A stretch of DNA of 64,000 nucleotides from Octopus sinensis (taxonomy: Eukaryota), in NCBI RefSeq assembly GCF_006345805.1, contig NC_042998.1, positions 206,150,001 through 206,214,000 on the forward strand. The letters are read 5' to 3'. The notes beneath the pieces are model-generated. The model worked only from the letters and a program-made list of their open reading frames with translations, ran no database searches and was not told the DNA's origin. The position numbers were made by a program, and so were the translations under genes. Positions within the stretch are counted from its first letter, which is position 1. Every line of letters begins with the position of its first letter. This document shows, in pieces, positions 51,330 to 64,000 of the stretch.

Positions 51330-52959
51330 CTGGTGAAACAAAAGGAGAATAGAGTAAATAATTTTCCAGAACTTTCTTTTTATGTATGACTAGTTTGCAT
51401 TTAACAAAGAAGCTGTATTTTAGTGATTTCTTTCCTATCTTCTAGAATGAATTATATGGGATAGGAATGAAATTTCTGTTAGATCTTAACTGGAAGACTA
51501 GTTATACCAAGGGGTGAATTTTCAATTTACTCATACAAAATCCATTTAAAATAAGCTTTTCAACAGCTCTTTAAATCACACTTGGCTGATATGTAGAATT
51601 ATTATATTCAAAGAATATCAACAAATGATCTTGGGATCATATTCATCATCATCATCATCATCATCATCGATAATTAACATGATCACAAGAAGAGGGAACG
51701 GTAAAAGATATTAGAAATGCAATGGGTGCAGCAGTGAGTGAGATTTAAATTTAAAGGAAATTCTGATTCTGAAAAACAAAATCCTTTGAAATACTTTAAA
51801 CCATCTGGCAAAATATATATGACAGACCATCTTTAAATTAGATTAATTTAAAAAATTCTTCCATGGGTCTTCTGGCAATAGTAGAGATAGGAGATAACAA
51901 AAAGTTTATTTTAATGAATGACATCAGCAGCATGTTTTTAAATTTCATTTGAAACCAGATTAAAATGCATCAACTATTACTTCACATTTTAATCCTTCTA
52001 ATCCATCTGTTCTTCCAAAAAATGAAGTCTGATTTACTCAATTATTTTGGATGGTTAACCTCATCTTTAGACAGGCAAAATGTCTTAATATTTGCATCTA
52101 CCTATAATTTCAACTGGACATCAAGCCTATTTTGATCACTGTGCTAATTTGCTAATTACTATAATCTCTCATTTATTTTCAGTATCACTAGATAACTTTT
52201 ATTCAGATTTTTGGTGAAAGGATGAAGTACAGCATTCAGCAAAATTGATGGAAAGAACCCAGCTGGAATGTTTACAATGGTGTTGATTCTTCTCAAGGAC
52301 AGATGGTTCTATTAAACAGAATGACAGATTAAGCTTATCCCCTAGGTACAAATCTGTAAGCTTTTAATATAAAGATATGGAGGAAGGACTGTTAGATTAA
52401 CTGTATTTTGAACTGGTTTTAATATAAACTCATCACACATAGCTATGATTTTTAAAGAAATCCTCCACATTAAATTTCTTCAAGTTTCCTGTAGTTGGTA
52501 TTTATAGACACCACCTGTATCTTATCATACAGAAATATAAAAATTAAAACGGTGTCTTACTTTGGCAAGAATAATATTTTAATATTGCATGGCAATCAAG
52601 TTTTCAAAAAGTTAATAGTTTTAAATGATTATATGAATAAAATACATGGAAGTTTGTTCAAAATTTTAGTAAAACATTCTTATATTACTTTCAGCTGTCT
52701 ACAAACATTATTTATGAAAAAAAAAAAAGCAGAACAAAAAATTTTTTTAAACAGAATTTCTGTTAGATTAATGAATCAGACAAGAGTACCATATTTCTAC
52801 TGCACCAAACAGGCAAAAAGTTTTTATGGTATTCACTTAACTGATCAAGTCTGAGTTGGATATTAAATTTCTGTAGTTGAAATTACCAGGAAAATAAAAA
52901 CAAACAACTAATTATAACAAGATTGTGGTATGTTGTACAGTTGTTAGCTGTTTATGAAA

Positions 52960-53117
52960 CTGGTGGCATGTAAAAGCATCCACTACACTCTCGGAGTGGT
53001 TGGCGTTAGGAAGGGCATCCAGCTGTAGAAACTCTGCCGGATCAAGATTGAAACCTGGTGCAGCCATCTGGTTCGCCAGCCCTCAGTCATTCGTAGAACC
53101 CATGCTAACATGGAAAG
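52960..53117 (+). mobile_element. RTE-tailed SINE fragment lacking its (GAT)n tail
   Basis: GGAGTGGTTGGCGTTAGGAAGGGCATCCAGCTGTAGAAAC..CATGCTAACATGGAAAGC. Confidence 0.7.
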
Positions 53118-54815
53118 CTGCACCAGGCCCAGTCTGATATGGCAATGTTTCTACGGCTGGATGCCCTTCCTAACGCCAACCACTCCGTGAGTGTAGTGGG
53201 TGCTTTTTACGTGCCAGACGGGGCTGGCAACGGCCACGGTCGGATGGTGCTTTTTATGTGCCAGCCAAGGCTAGCAACGGCCATGATCGGATGGTGCTTT
53301 TTACGTGCTACCGGCATGGAGGCCCGTCGGGGCAGCGCTGTCAAACAGCCATCATTGGATGGTTCGCTTACGTGCCACCGGTACTGGTATCACAGCTACA
53401 ATTTCCATTGATGTTGATCGATATCGATTTTGATTTCTCACTTGCCTCAACAGGTCTTCACAAGTAGAGTTTTGTGTCTCAAGAAGGAAAGGTATGCATA
53501 AGTGGACTGGCTACATCCCACGTAGAGGCCATGGGTTATGGCCTCACTTGTCCTGCCAGGTCTTCTCACGCACAGCATACTTCCATAGGTCTCGGTCTCT
53601 AGTCATTTCCTTGGTGAGACCTAAAGTTCGAAGGTTGTGCTTCCCAAGAAGGAAAGGTATGTAGGCCACAGGTTATGTTCTCACTGGTCTTGCCAGGTCT
53701 TCTCACGCACAGCATACTTCCATAGGTCTCGGTCTCTAGTCCTTTCCTTGGTGAGACCTAAAGTTCGAAGGTCGTGCTTCCCAAGAAGGAAAGGTATGTA
53801 GGCCACAGGTTATGTTCTCACTGGTCTTGCCGGGTCTTCTCGCGCACAGCATACTTCCATAGGTCTCGGTCTCTAGTCCTTTCCTTGGTGAGACCTAAAG
53901 TTCGAAGGTCATGCTTCACCACCTAGTCCCAAGTTTTCCTGGGTCTACCTCTTCCACAGGTTCCCTCAACTGCTAGGGTGTGGCACTTTTTCACCCAACT
54001 ATCTTCATCCATTCTTGTCACATGACCATACCAGCGCAAACGTCTCTCTTGCACACCACAATTGATGCTTCTTAGGTCCAACTTTTCTCTCAAGGTACTT
54101 ACACTCTGTCATGAATGAACACTGACATTACACATCCATCGGAGCATACTGGCTTCATATCTTGCGAGCTTACGCATATCCTCAGCAGTCATGGCCCATG
54201 TTTCACTGCCATGTAGCATGGCTGTTCGTACACATGCATCATACAGTCTGCCTTTTACTCTGAGTGAGAGGCCTTTTGTCACCAGCAGAGGTAAGAGCTC
54301 TCTGAACTTTGCCCAGGCTATTCTTACTCTAGCAGTTAGACTTTCAGCACACCCGTCCCCCGCTACTGACTTGGTTCCCTAGGTAACGGAAGCTATCAAC
54401 TATTTCTAGTTTTTCTCCCTGGAATGTGGTGGAAGTTGGTCTCTGCGCATTTTCAGTGTTTATTGCTCCTGAGCATCTGCCACATACAACTATTTTCCTA
54501 GTTAGCCTTCCTTTGACATTGCTGCACCTCTTATGTGTCCATAGCTTACACTTGGTGCATCTTATAGAGTTTCTACCTACACCTTTTCTACAGATCGAGC
54601 AGGGCCATCTACCTGAAGGCGTTTGTGATTTGTCTACCTTCCTACTTATTAGGACTTTGGTTTTAGCTAGGTTGACTCTAAGGCCCTTCGATTCTAACCC
54701 TTGCTTCCAGACCTGAAACTTCTCCAGTTCTGATAGTGACTCAGCAATTAGAGCAAGGTCATCAGCATAGAGGAGCTCCCAGGGGCATCCTGTCTGGAAT
54801 TCCTCCATTATTGCC
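53118..54815 (-). mobile_element. 5'-truncated RTE LINE in PSMC3 intron
   Basis: EEFQTGCPWELLYADDL..WPCSICRKGVGRNSIRCTKC..RRLRWYGH; 137-bp module duplicated twice near the stop. Confidence 0.92.
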
Positions 54816-54817
54816 TG

Positions 54818-54849
<32 letters not shown>

Positions 54850-55074
54850 TCTATCTATCTATCTATATATCTATATATCTATATATATATATATAAAAAA
54901 TCAAAATAAGCAACAAGGATATCCAAAGGTAATGCAGTACGATCGTTTCATGCAACTCCATTTAATTGAACAATGCAATCATTTCATTACCTCAATTTAA
55001 AATGTAGAGCAATCTTCAGCTGCACAAAGACAGAATTTAATTAAATTAGAACAGAAGGACACATTAGTATAATT

Positions 55075-56130
55075 TTACCTAAGATCTCCAAGAAGAGGGG
55101 CCCACACCAAGACACAAGAGCAAATCATCCAGGACCTCCTCTCTGCAGATGGTACTGCACTTGTTGCACACACAGAAAGAGCCCTGCAGCACACCACATC
55201 CTGCTTTGCAGAGGCTGCCCAGGTCTTTGGGCTGGAAGTAAGCTTGAAAAAGACTGAAGACCAACCAGCTCCCCAGGAAGAGTACAGGATGCCCCACATT
55301 ACCCTTGCCGAAACAGAACTGAAGTCGGTACAGCAGTTCACTTATCTTGGATATACCATTTCATCAGATGTGAATATCAACAAAGAAATCGACAACAGAC
55401 AGGCAAACAAGGCATTTGGCAGACTGTGCAGGCATGTGTGCAATAATAAGCATTTTAAGATCAGCAGAAAAGTCAGAGTCTACAGGGCTCTGAGTCCTGA
55501 TGATGCTCCTGCATGGCTCTGAGTCCGGGGCCCCCTACCACTGTCATCTCAGGCTCCTTGAACGTTTTCACCAACGACGTCTTCGTATCATCCTTAACAT
55601 CTACTGGAGCAACTACATCACCAACACTAAGGCCCTCAAGGGAGCAAAAGTCACCAGCCTGGAAGCCATTTTATTTGAAACATGACTACACTGGACAGGA
55701 CATGTTGACAGGATGAACGACCACCGCCTACCTAAGATCATCATGTATGGTGAGCTAACCACTGACTACCGCAACAGGAGGGCACCAAAGAAGTGTTTCA
55801 AGGACTGCTTGAAGCAGTCCCTTAGCATTTGTGACATTGATTATCGTGAGTGTTCCACTCTAACAGTTGACCATGCTACTTGGCACCATACCATTGGTGA
55901 TGCTGTTTCCTTCTTGGAGATCCCTTGCAGTGCCTCTCTTGAAGACAAATGTCAGAGGCGAGAAAATAATGCAGCTACATCATCAGACTCTGGACAATCA
56001 TGTTTCTGTCATCACTGCAATTGGATATGTCCATCCCACATCGGCCTTATCAGCCATAAACGGGTGTGCAGACGACAAGGACAACAGCTTTCCTAATCTT
56101 TGTTAGAAACCAAGCCAAGAAGGAGAAGGA
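55075..56130 (+). mobile_element. BovB-like RTE LINE 3' portion, old
   Basis: LLSADGTALVAHTERALQ..FGLEVSLKKTE..FTYLG..GHVDRMNDHRLPKIIMYGEL..C-terminal CHHCNWICPSHIGLISHKRVC (C2H2-like). Confidence 0.8.
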
Positions 56131-56202
56131 TTTAAAATTTCAATTGAATGTTTATCTATGAAAGCTGAGACTGTATTTTACTGACATTATCAAAAAAATT
56201 AC

Positions 56203-56275
56203 CTTTTGGTGGTTGAATTCCAAGGGCTTCAAATCTCTCTTTGTGTGTAATAGGTAACACCACAGCCTCAATGAG
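56203..56275 (-). CDS. PSMC3: 26S proteasome regulatory subunit 6A, most 5' exon found in the window
   Basis: tttccag|[25 protein letters not shown]|gtaatt. 73 nt, not on the ORF track. Its phase-1 end joins 51329 to give [13 protein letters not shown]. Confidence 0.93.
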
Positions 56276-56339
56276 CTGGAAAGAAAAAAAGCAGAGTAAA
56301 AACCTCAAAGTTTTAAAGTCTTGCCTGGTTGCAAATCTA

Positions 56340-56860
56340 AGTGAGCATCAAAACTGAAGACAAGTAAACTTAGATTGACTAGTAGGGCTAGTTTTTACAC
56401 TTGGCGAAGACAAGATTGGTACATTCCTATTAGAGGTCTCTATTCCTGGAGTCAGTTCAGGTATGGCAGGAGATACTTTCCATTGCATGTGAATGACACT
56501 TAGGGAACAATGAATACAATGTGTATAAGAATAGGACATTGTGGGATGTGATGGCAAGAACAGTTATGTATAGAAGAATGAGAGCAGAGGAGAAAACCAA
56601 ACGCTTGAACAGAAGGAGTATCATCAACACATGCAATGATTGTGCCATTTAATAGGAAATTATTAATCCAAGAGATGAGAGATGGATGGAGGCCACAGGG
56701 AGGAGATAATTTTGATTGGAGGGTCACATGCCCCAGACATAGTCAAAAGCTTTGTTGATGTCTGGTGGGGAGAGACAACATTGCTTTCACCAGATTTCTT
56801 TAAGGTAAGAATCCACTGTAACACTGCAAAGTAGGTCTCCATTGGATTTAGTTTCATTAA
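56340..56860 (-). mobile_element. Decayed CR1/Jockey-type LINE RT fragment
   Basis: DINKAFDYVW and LHPSLISWINNFL motifs across frameshifts. Confidence 0.6.
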
Positions 56861-57124
56861 AGGGAGAGAGAGATATAGTGTTGGAGAATGTTGTTGATAA
56901 AACTAATCTCTATTACCTTTCTCAATATTTTCTCAATGAAAACTCTTAACTAAACTTGTTCTACATATAAAATAAATGCTGTTTGACAAGTCTTCAATGC
57001 TTGTAGTTTGGTGTGACATGAAGCAGTTTGACTGTGATACAGGTTTCTTATGCACTACGTGGTGAGTTCAAACTGCATTGAGGTTGATTTTGCTTTACAT
57101 CCTTCCAGAGTCAATGAACTGAAT

Positions 57125-57420
57125 TCTTCGCCATACTCATTGCCAACCCTCACCTGACAGCATCCCCATATATGGCTTGTACAGCTCTCACCAACCATTC
57201 GTCTATCCCTAGTTTCTACACTGACTACTGGATAAGGAATTGGGGGACCCTGTCAAAGGCTTTCTCCATGTCAACGAAAGCCAAGTACAGAGGTTTATCT
57301 TTGATCATGTATTTCTTCTGCAGCTGTCTTACCAGAAATATAGCATCACTGATGCTTCTCCCTGGCACAAAACCGAACAGTAACGCTCTCTCTCTCTAAT
57401 TAGTTGGGCTATGACCCTCT
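57125..57420 (-). mobile_element. RTE RT fragment
   Basis: AFVDMEKAFDRVP..KLGIDEWLVRAVQA. Confidence 0.75.
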
Positions 57421-57599
57421 CCATGAAGAATTATTAGTATTATTAAGAGACTACATAAAATTATTTCATGTGAAGTTGAGTGACCTTAATGGTTGTGCTC
57501 ACAATGACAAGGTTATGGATTTGATTCTTGAACCCCATTGGGTCCTTGAGCAAGGCACATTCTTTCACACTGCTCCATTCCACTCAGTTGTCACAGTAT

Positions 57600-60500
57600 A
57601 GGTCTCTTCTTCTTTAGTCTATGCCACATCACTTACTGACGTTGACTCCAACTTGAGAGCAAATTGCCTACCAAGCTGTATGAGATGACATTGTGCATGC
57701 CAGCTCTGACATAGTGCACAGTCCCGTGTCCTACATAAGTTCATGGACATATGTCATGCAGGCCTGACTACCAAGCTTGAATGTCTCAGAGTTTCAATAT
57801 AAACTGTGGACTGCAAATTTTAGCTGTCTGTTTGACTATCTGGTTGACAAGTAGTAAAGATCCACATAGAAACATGTTTGATATATGGTCAGCAGAAGAA
57901 ATGTTAAAGGCTTTGCACAGAAGTTGAGTGCCTGTGCTGCCTAACAATCACCATTGGGCCAGCATAAGAGACTAACACTCAGAGCTGTAAAGAACAGATT
58001 CTACTATAGCATGAAACAGGAAGAGTTTTAGGTCATTCCACAATTGTGCTTTCCAATTTTTCTACAGCTTGTTGGATGCTGACAATGTTATTGTGTTATG
58101 AATATTATTGTTTTATGTGCTGGTAGAATGAATACAAGAGCCTAGGTAGCATAAATTGGTAAATAACTCAATGAGCCCCTATAAAAGTGTAAGCTCAGCT
58201 GCACCAGCATTTTCACCAATGATTATGGTCTTTGCAAGTGGTTTATTGAGAGACCAAATTTAATGGCTGTTGACTCTAGATTTGTGAGGAGAGTTTGAGT
58301 GTGATGTCACTTGTGAAGTTTAGGTGATTGAGGTACAATGCTGGACGATGTGACAGGGATAGAGAGTTATTCCTAGTTCAGATACTATAGTGTGCTGTAG
58401 TACATAATCCAAGACTGTAACAAAGAATGGAGCTCAGATATCTCCTCGAAAATCTCCTGTGTTGACTGTGTGTCAGTGTCTCTGTCAGGGTGCATATGAA
58501 ACATTTGCAGATAGAGTGGATAGCATTTATAACTTCATTTAGTATGCAATATGCAGAGAGAAACTAAAGGATTCGCTCACAGTGGACTGAGTCAAAAGCT
58601 TTGGTGAAATCCACAAAGGCAGTGCACAGAGACATACCTTTCTTTGCTGAGATGGTTTCACTGAGTCAATGAGGAGCAAAAATACATTCTAAAGTGGACT
58701 GGTATCTGTGAAAGCCATTTTGGTTTGATCTGAGTAGAGATTCAATAGGGTCTCAGACGCGATTGAGCATGGAATAGCTGAAGTGATTGGCTGAGCATGA
58801 CATCAGGTTAATGCTATGATATGAGTTGTATTCCAATAGATCTTCCTTTTACAGAACTGGAATGATGTGGTCCAGCTTGAATTCTGATGGAATTTGATAT
58901 GATGTAAGTAGGATCAAGCATAAGAAGTAACTTGGGATTTCGAAAACTTTGGAGGCACATTATCTACACCATATGATTTGCCAAATTTGAGTGGTTTAGC
59001 AACAGTTAGTGCTTCATCAAAGACAATTTCACCAGTTGGAATATTGGTGAGCAGTGCTGAGATTGGTGTCACAACAAAACTGTCCATGGCAGTTGTTGAG
59101 CAGCTTTTCAAAGTGGGATTTCCAGCCAGTAAATCAACTTTGCAGTTTACTTGTCTTTAGTTTTGACACTCATTTAGATTTGCAATCAGACAAGTTGTTT
59201 ATGGCTTTCTACACTGTGGCAACTTGTCTGCTGTCATCTGATTTTTTTATACTGCTGATTTGCTCATGCTTTTTGGTTTGCAATATATTGCTGAGCAAAA
59301 CAGCTAAGGATGAGGCTGCCACAGCATTAAGTGTTGCAACAGTATTGTTCTACTAATTTGCTAGTTTCACACTGCCAGGCTGTTTTGAGCTTCCTGAACT
59401 CTGGCACCCTCCTAAGGAGCTTTCTTCTTTGAGAGCTGCACAGTGGGGATATGCTGCTCAGCAACATGTGCAACAGACTTCAATAATGTGGTATATTCCT
59501 CCAATTGGTCAGGAGGTTCTACACTGAGTTCGATGAATTTATCCTTGCATGTTATAAGGAAGGATGTGGAAGTATCTGGGTTGGACAGAAAGGACCAGAT
59601 ATATCATGGTAGGCTTTTGTGCTTTGGTTGATTATAATGGAAAGTGAGAGTTACATCATGGCAAAATCAGAATTTAATGGTCTGATTCAAAAGAATGAAA
59701 TGTGTAAGCATTGCAGTCTTGGCTAGAATTACAATACTTTTGATGACAGAAAATGCGGTCAATTTGTGAGAGTTTTTGTGGGCCTTTGTGCAGGAAAAGT
59801 TTGTTATGATCTTTGTGGAAAGCTGCGTTTGTAGAGTGAGATTGCTGACAGAAAGTCTGAGAAACTTTCAGAGCTTTTATTTGGTTTGTCTAAAAATGTC
59901 CATGGATTTTATGGCAAGATCTGTAGACATGCATTCCAGTCATCAAGTATTGGTAGAAAGGAATTTCATCCAATGGTATTGATGGCTCACTGTGTCTTCC
60001 TTCACTGTACTAGTAGCAACTGATAAGTGGTTTAGGCCAAGACTTCTGAGGTTCTAATTACTGGAAAATGTAGAATCAAGTACAAGCTGAGAGATGGGTG
60101 TGACAGATACTAGGGACATGTAGGCAAAGAGGGTGACCAGGAGACCAACACCATCATTACCAGTGTTGTTTGTTGTAAAGTGTATCAATATCTAACCATT
60201 GCTTGTATTAAGATATTGGACATTCTCCTAACATTTCAGAGTATGGGTGTTGAAGGAGGTCAGAAGAGAGAGTTGTTTAGGGTTGATTAGTAGGTGAGTA
60301 GGTTTTGGATGAATCCAAAGTTTGTTGTTGACTCTTACAGCATAGTTTTGCTAATCCTGCAAGCGTTACCCAGGAATAATGGAAACCAGGCGATGTCTCA
60401 GCCGAGATAAAAGTAGTCAACATGTCTTTCATTGGAGTTTACATAGCAATGGTCTAGGACAACCTGCAGTTTACCAATGTTTTTTACGAGGCACCACTTA

Positions 60501-60700
60501 TGTGTTTGGCTGTTGGCTTACAATGAGCTCATCTAGCAAGCCAAGTGGAGGAGCCAGTTTAGTTGCTAACCACCTGACCATGAGAAAGGTAGTACTAGGT
60601 TGCATGGTACCAGAAGCAGGATTTCCCTGACCTGGTGTGACAGGCCTCTGTTACATCCTACATGTTCCACTGAGTCAAACAGTGGGGGTATGAGTTAGTC
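57600..60700 (-). mobile_element. Heavily decayed LINE (EN-RT), probably RTE-like
   Basis: AFVDFTKAFDSVH at ~58620-58582; DEALTVAKPLKFGKSYGVDNVPP at ~59020-58950. Boundaries uncertain. Confidence 0.55.
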
Positions 60701-60874
60701 TTTGCTCGTGACTCCATCAGTATCTTAAACAATAAGCAAAAGTTGATACATACCAAGTCACACTTGCTTCTAAGTAACAGCTGTGCTATTATATAAAATC
60801 ATTAGAAACTAAGTTATAATTTGCAAATTAAGCATGTGGCCTTAGAGTTGAACATCTTGTAAGATAGAACAACA

Positions 60875-61250
60875 TCCTTTAATCTTTTAATTGTTTCAGT
60901 CATTAGACTGTGGCCATGCTGGGGCACTACCTTGAAGAAATTTTAGTCAAATGAATTGATCCCAGTATTTACTTTTTTTTAAAGCCTAGTATTTATTCTA
61001 TTGGTCTCTTTTGCCAAACTGCTAAGTTATGGGGACGTAGACAAACCAACACCAGTTGTCAAGTGGTGGTGGGAGACAAACACACACATATATATATATA
61101 TATGTGATGGGCTTCTTTCAGTTTCCATCTACCAAATCCACTTACAAGGTTTTGGTTGGCCCAAGGCTATAGAATAATACATTTGTGCCAATGTAGCATG
61201 CAGTGGGACTGAACCTGCAACCATGTGGTTGGGAAGCAAACTTCTTATAA
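60875..61250 (-). mobile_element. tRNA-derived SINE
   Basis: Reverse complement homologous to 40376-40737. Confidence 0.8.
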
Positions 61251-61884
61251 GTGTTTAGCTCTGTTGTCACTTGGCTGTTTTCACTGATAGAATATTGTAA
61301 CAACAACATTATATACTCTTTACCATTATTCATATGGAAAATGATAATGTGTTAAGTAAAGAATATAGAGCAGAGGTAGGTGTTTGAGCAAATAAAAAGC
61401 AAAATTCACATAAAGGTTCTCCCAGAAATTTCACATAGACTTAAATGTTAATATCGGGGATGTTCAAATTCAGTTGTCCATACTAATTGCTTCTATAAGC
61501 TGATGTCGTTAATGCTCAGCTGCCCTTTCCACTTAGTTTATCCTGCAAGCTTCCATCTGTTACTCATCTATATATTGACTGCCAAGTACTGTGGCCACAT
61601 AAAAAGCACACAGTACAGTCTGTAAAGTGGTTGGCATTAGGAAAGTCATTCAGCCATAGAAACCATGCCAAAACAATGGAACCTGGTGTGGCTCCCAACC
61701 TTGCCAGCTCCTGTCAAACCATCCAGTCCATGCCAGCATAGAAAACAGACATTAAATGATGAAAGCAATCTCCAAAATCAATCCCATTTTTCATAATTAA
61801 AACAACTTGGCTTTCACTATATTTGCCTCCAGCACGAGCATCACCTAACTTACAACAGAATTAAGCTACCTGACCACAATATCT

Positions 61885-64000
61885 TCATCATCATCATCAT
61901 TTAGCATCTGCTTTCCATGCTAGCATGGGATGGACGGTTCAACTGGGGTCTGGATGCCCTTCCTAACGCCAAACACTCAGTGAATGTAGTGGGTGCTTTT
62001 TACATGCCACCGGCACAGGTGCCAGACGAGGCAGGCAGTGGCCACCATTGGATGGTGCTTTTTACGTGCCACTGGCACTGGTATCACAGCTACAATTTCC
62101 ATTGATGTTCATCGATTTTGATTCTTATTCTCACTTGCCTCAACAGGTCTTCACAAGTAGAGTATTGTGTCCCAAGAAGGAAAGGTATGCAAAAGTGGAC
62201 TGGCTACATCCCAGGTAGAGGCCACAGGTTATGGTCTCACTTGTCCTGCCAGGTCTTCTCACGCACAGCATACTTCCATAGGTCTCGGTCTCTAGTCATT
62301 TCCTTGGTGAGACCTAAAGTTCGAAGGTCGTGCTTCCCAAGAAGGAAAGGTATGTAGGCCACAGGTTATGTTCTCACTGGTCTTGCCGGGTCTTCTCGCG
62401 CACAGCATACTTCCATAGGTCTCGGTCTCTAGTCCTTTCCTTGGTGAGACCTAAAGTTCGAAGGTCATGCTTCACCACCTAGTCCCAAGTTTTCCTGGGT
62501 CTACCTCTTCCACAGGTTCCCTCAACTGCTAGGGTGTGGCACTTTTTCACCCAACTATCTTCATCCATTCTTGTCACATAACCATACCAGCGCAAACGTC
62601 TCTCTTGCACACCACAATTGATGCTTCTTAGGTCTAACTTTTCTCTCAAGGTACTTACACTCTGTCATGAATGAACAGACATTACACATCCATCGGAGCA
62701 TACTGGCTTCATTTCTTGCGAGCTTACGCATATCCTCAGCAGTCATGGCCCATGTTTCACTGCCATGTAGCATGGCTGTTCGTACACATGCATCATACAG
62801 TCTGCCTTTTACTCTGAGTGAGAGGCCTTTTGTCACCAGCAGAGGTAAGAGCTCTCTGAACTTTGCCCAGGCTATTCTTACTCTAGCAGTTAGACTTTCA
62901 GCACACCCACCCCCGCTACTGACTTGGTTCCCTAGGTAACGGAAGCTATCAACTATTTCTAGTTTTTCTCCCTGGAATGTGGTGGAAGTTGGTCTCTGCG
63001 CATTTTCAGTGTTTATTGCTCCTGAGCATCTGCCACATACAAAAACTATTTTCCTAGTTAGCCTTCCTTTGACATTGCTGCACCTCTTATGTGTCCATAG
63101 CTTACACTTGGTGCATCTTATAGAGTTTCTACCTACGTCTTTTCTACAGATCGAGCAGGGCCATCTACCTGAAGGTGTTTGTGATTTGTCTACCTTCCTA
63201 CTTATTAGGACTTTGGTTTTAGCTAGGTTGACTCTAAGGCCCTTCGATTCTAATCCTTGCTTCCACACCTGAAACTTCTCCTCCAGTTCTGATAGTGACT
63301 CAGCAATTAGAGCAAGGTCATCAGCATAGAGGAGCTCCCAGGGGCATCCTGTCTTAAATTCCTCCGTTAATGCTTGGAGGATTATGATAAATAGGAGGGG
63401 GCTGAGGACTGAACCTTGGTGGACCCCTACCTCTACCTGGAATTCTTCACTGTACTCGTTGCCAACCCTCACCTTACTAGCAGCTCTCACTAACCATTCA
63501 TCTATCCCTAGTTTCCTCATTGACCACCAGATAAGGGATCGGGGGACCCTGTCAAAGGCTTTCTCCATGTCAACAAAAGCCAGGTACAGGGGCTTATCTT
63601 TGGCTAGGTATTTCTCCTACAGCTGTCTCACCAGGAATATGGCATCAGTGGTACTTTTCCCCGGCACGAACCCAAACTGCATCTCATCTAAACTAACTCT
63701 CTCTCTAACTAGTTGGGCTATGACCCTCTCCGTAACCTTCATTACCTGATCCAACAGCTTGATACTCCTGTAGTTATTTGTATCTAGGGCGTCACCTTTA
63801 CCTTTGTAGCAGTTGACTATTATGCTGCTACACCAGTCATTGGGAATGACTCCTTCGTGTATCACCTGGTTAACTGTATGGGTGACTAGGCTATAGCCAA
63901 CACTGCCAGATATTTTGGGGCCTGGGGCTTTCCCTGTCTTCATGCTTCTAATTGCCTTAACTAGCAAGGAACTGTCAACTCGGATAGCTGGTCCCTCTGT
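61885..64000 (-). mobile_element. RTE LINE 3' half, running off the window end
   Basis: 335-aa ORF 62561-63568 (MEKAFDRVPRS..YADDL..PHD..FRYLG); (CAT)n tail at ~61885-61900. Confidence 0.93.

Noticed and set aside
56276-64000. Further 5' PSMC3 exons (OB fold, coiled coil, ..DKQIQE)
   Set aside because: None found by eye; the region is LINE/SINE debris. They probably lie beyond 64000, although a short exon could have been missed.

Overview
Eukaryotic, AT-rich, repeat-dense animal DNA. The RTE/SINE repertoire, (CAT)n/(GAT)n tails and long (TA)n tracts suggest an octopus-like cephalopod; this is inference, not proven. The only host gene found is the 3' half of the 26S proteasome AAA-ATPase Rpt5/PSMC3 on the minus strand: six coding exons from 56275 down to the stop at 39234, with the 5' exons not found in the window. 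The rest is transposon debris: RTE LINEs (one near full length at 34441-38360 and many 5'-truncated tails), two CR1-group LINE families, a BovB-like RTE, tRNA-derived SINEs, non-autonomous Helitrons, mariner/Tc1 relics and three fold-back palindromes. There is also a ~10 kb satellite array with higher-order structure (24312-34440) and a 100-N gap (23512-23611). Best leads: (1) a LINE ORF1 that appears to combine a Myb/SANT-like trihelix domain with a CCCH finger; (2) a GT-AG intron-like segment joining an upstream ATG in frame to the RTE endonuclease; (3) a PHD finger inserted inside the RTE reverse transcriptase; (4) a spacerless 480-bp palindrome; (5) an ABB-type higher-order satellite; (6) a PSMC3 exon that is 3 nt shorter than in orthologues. 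All annotation was done by eye, and repeat boundaries are approximate.
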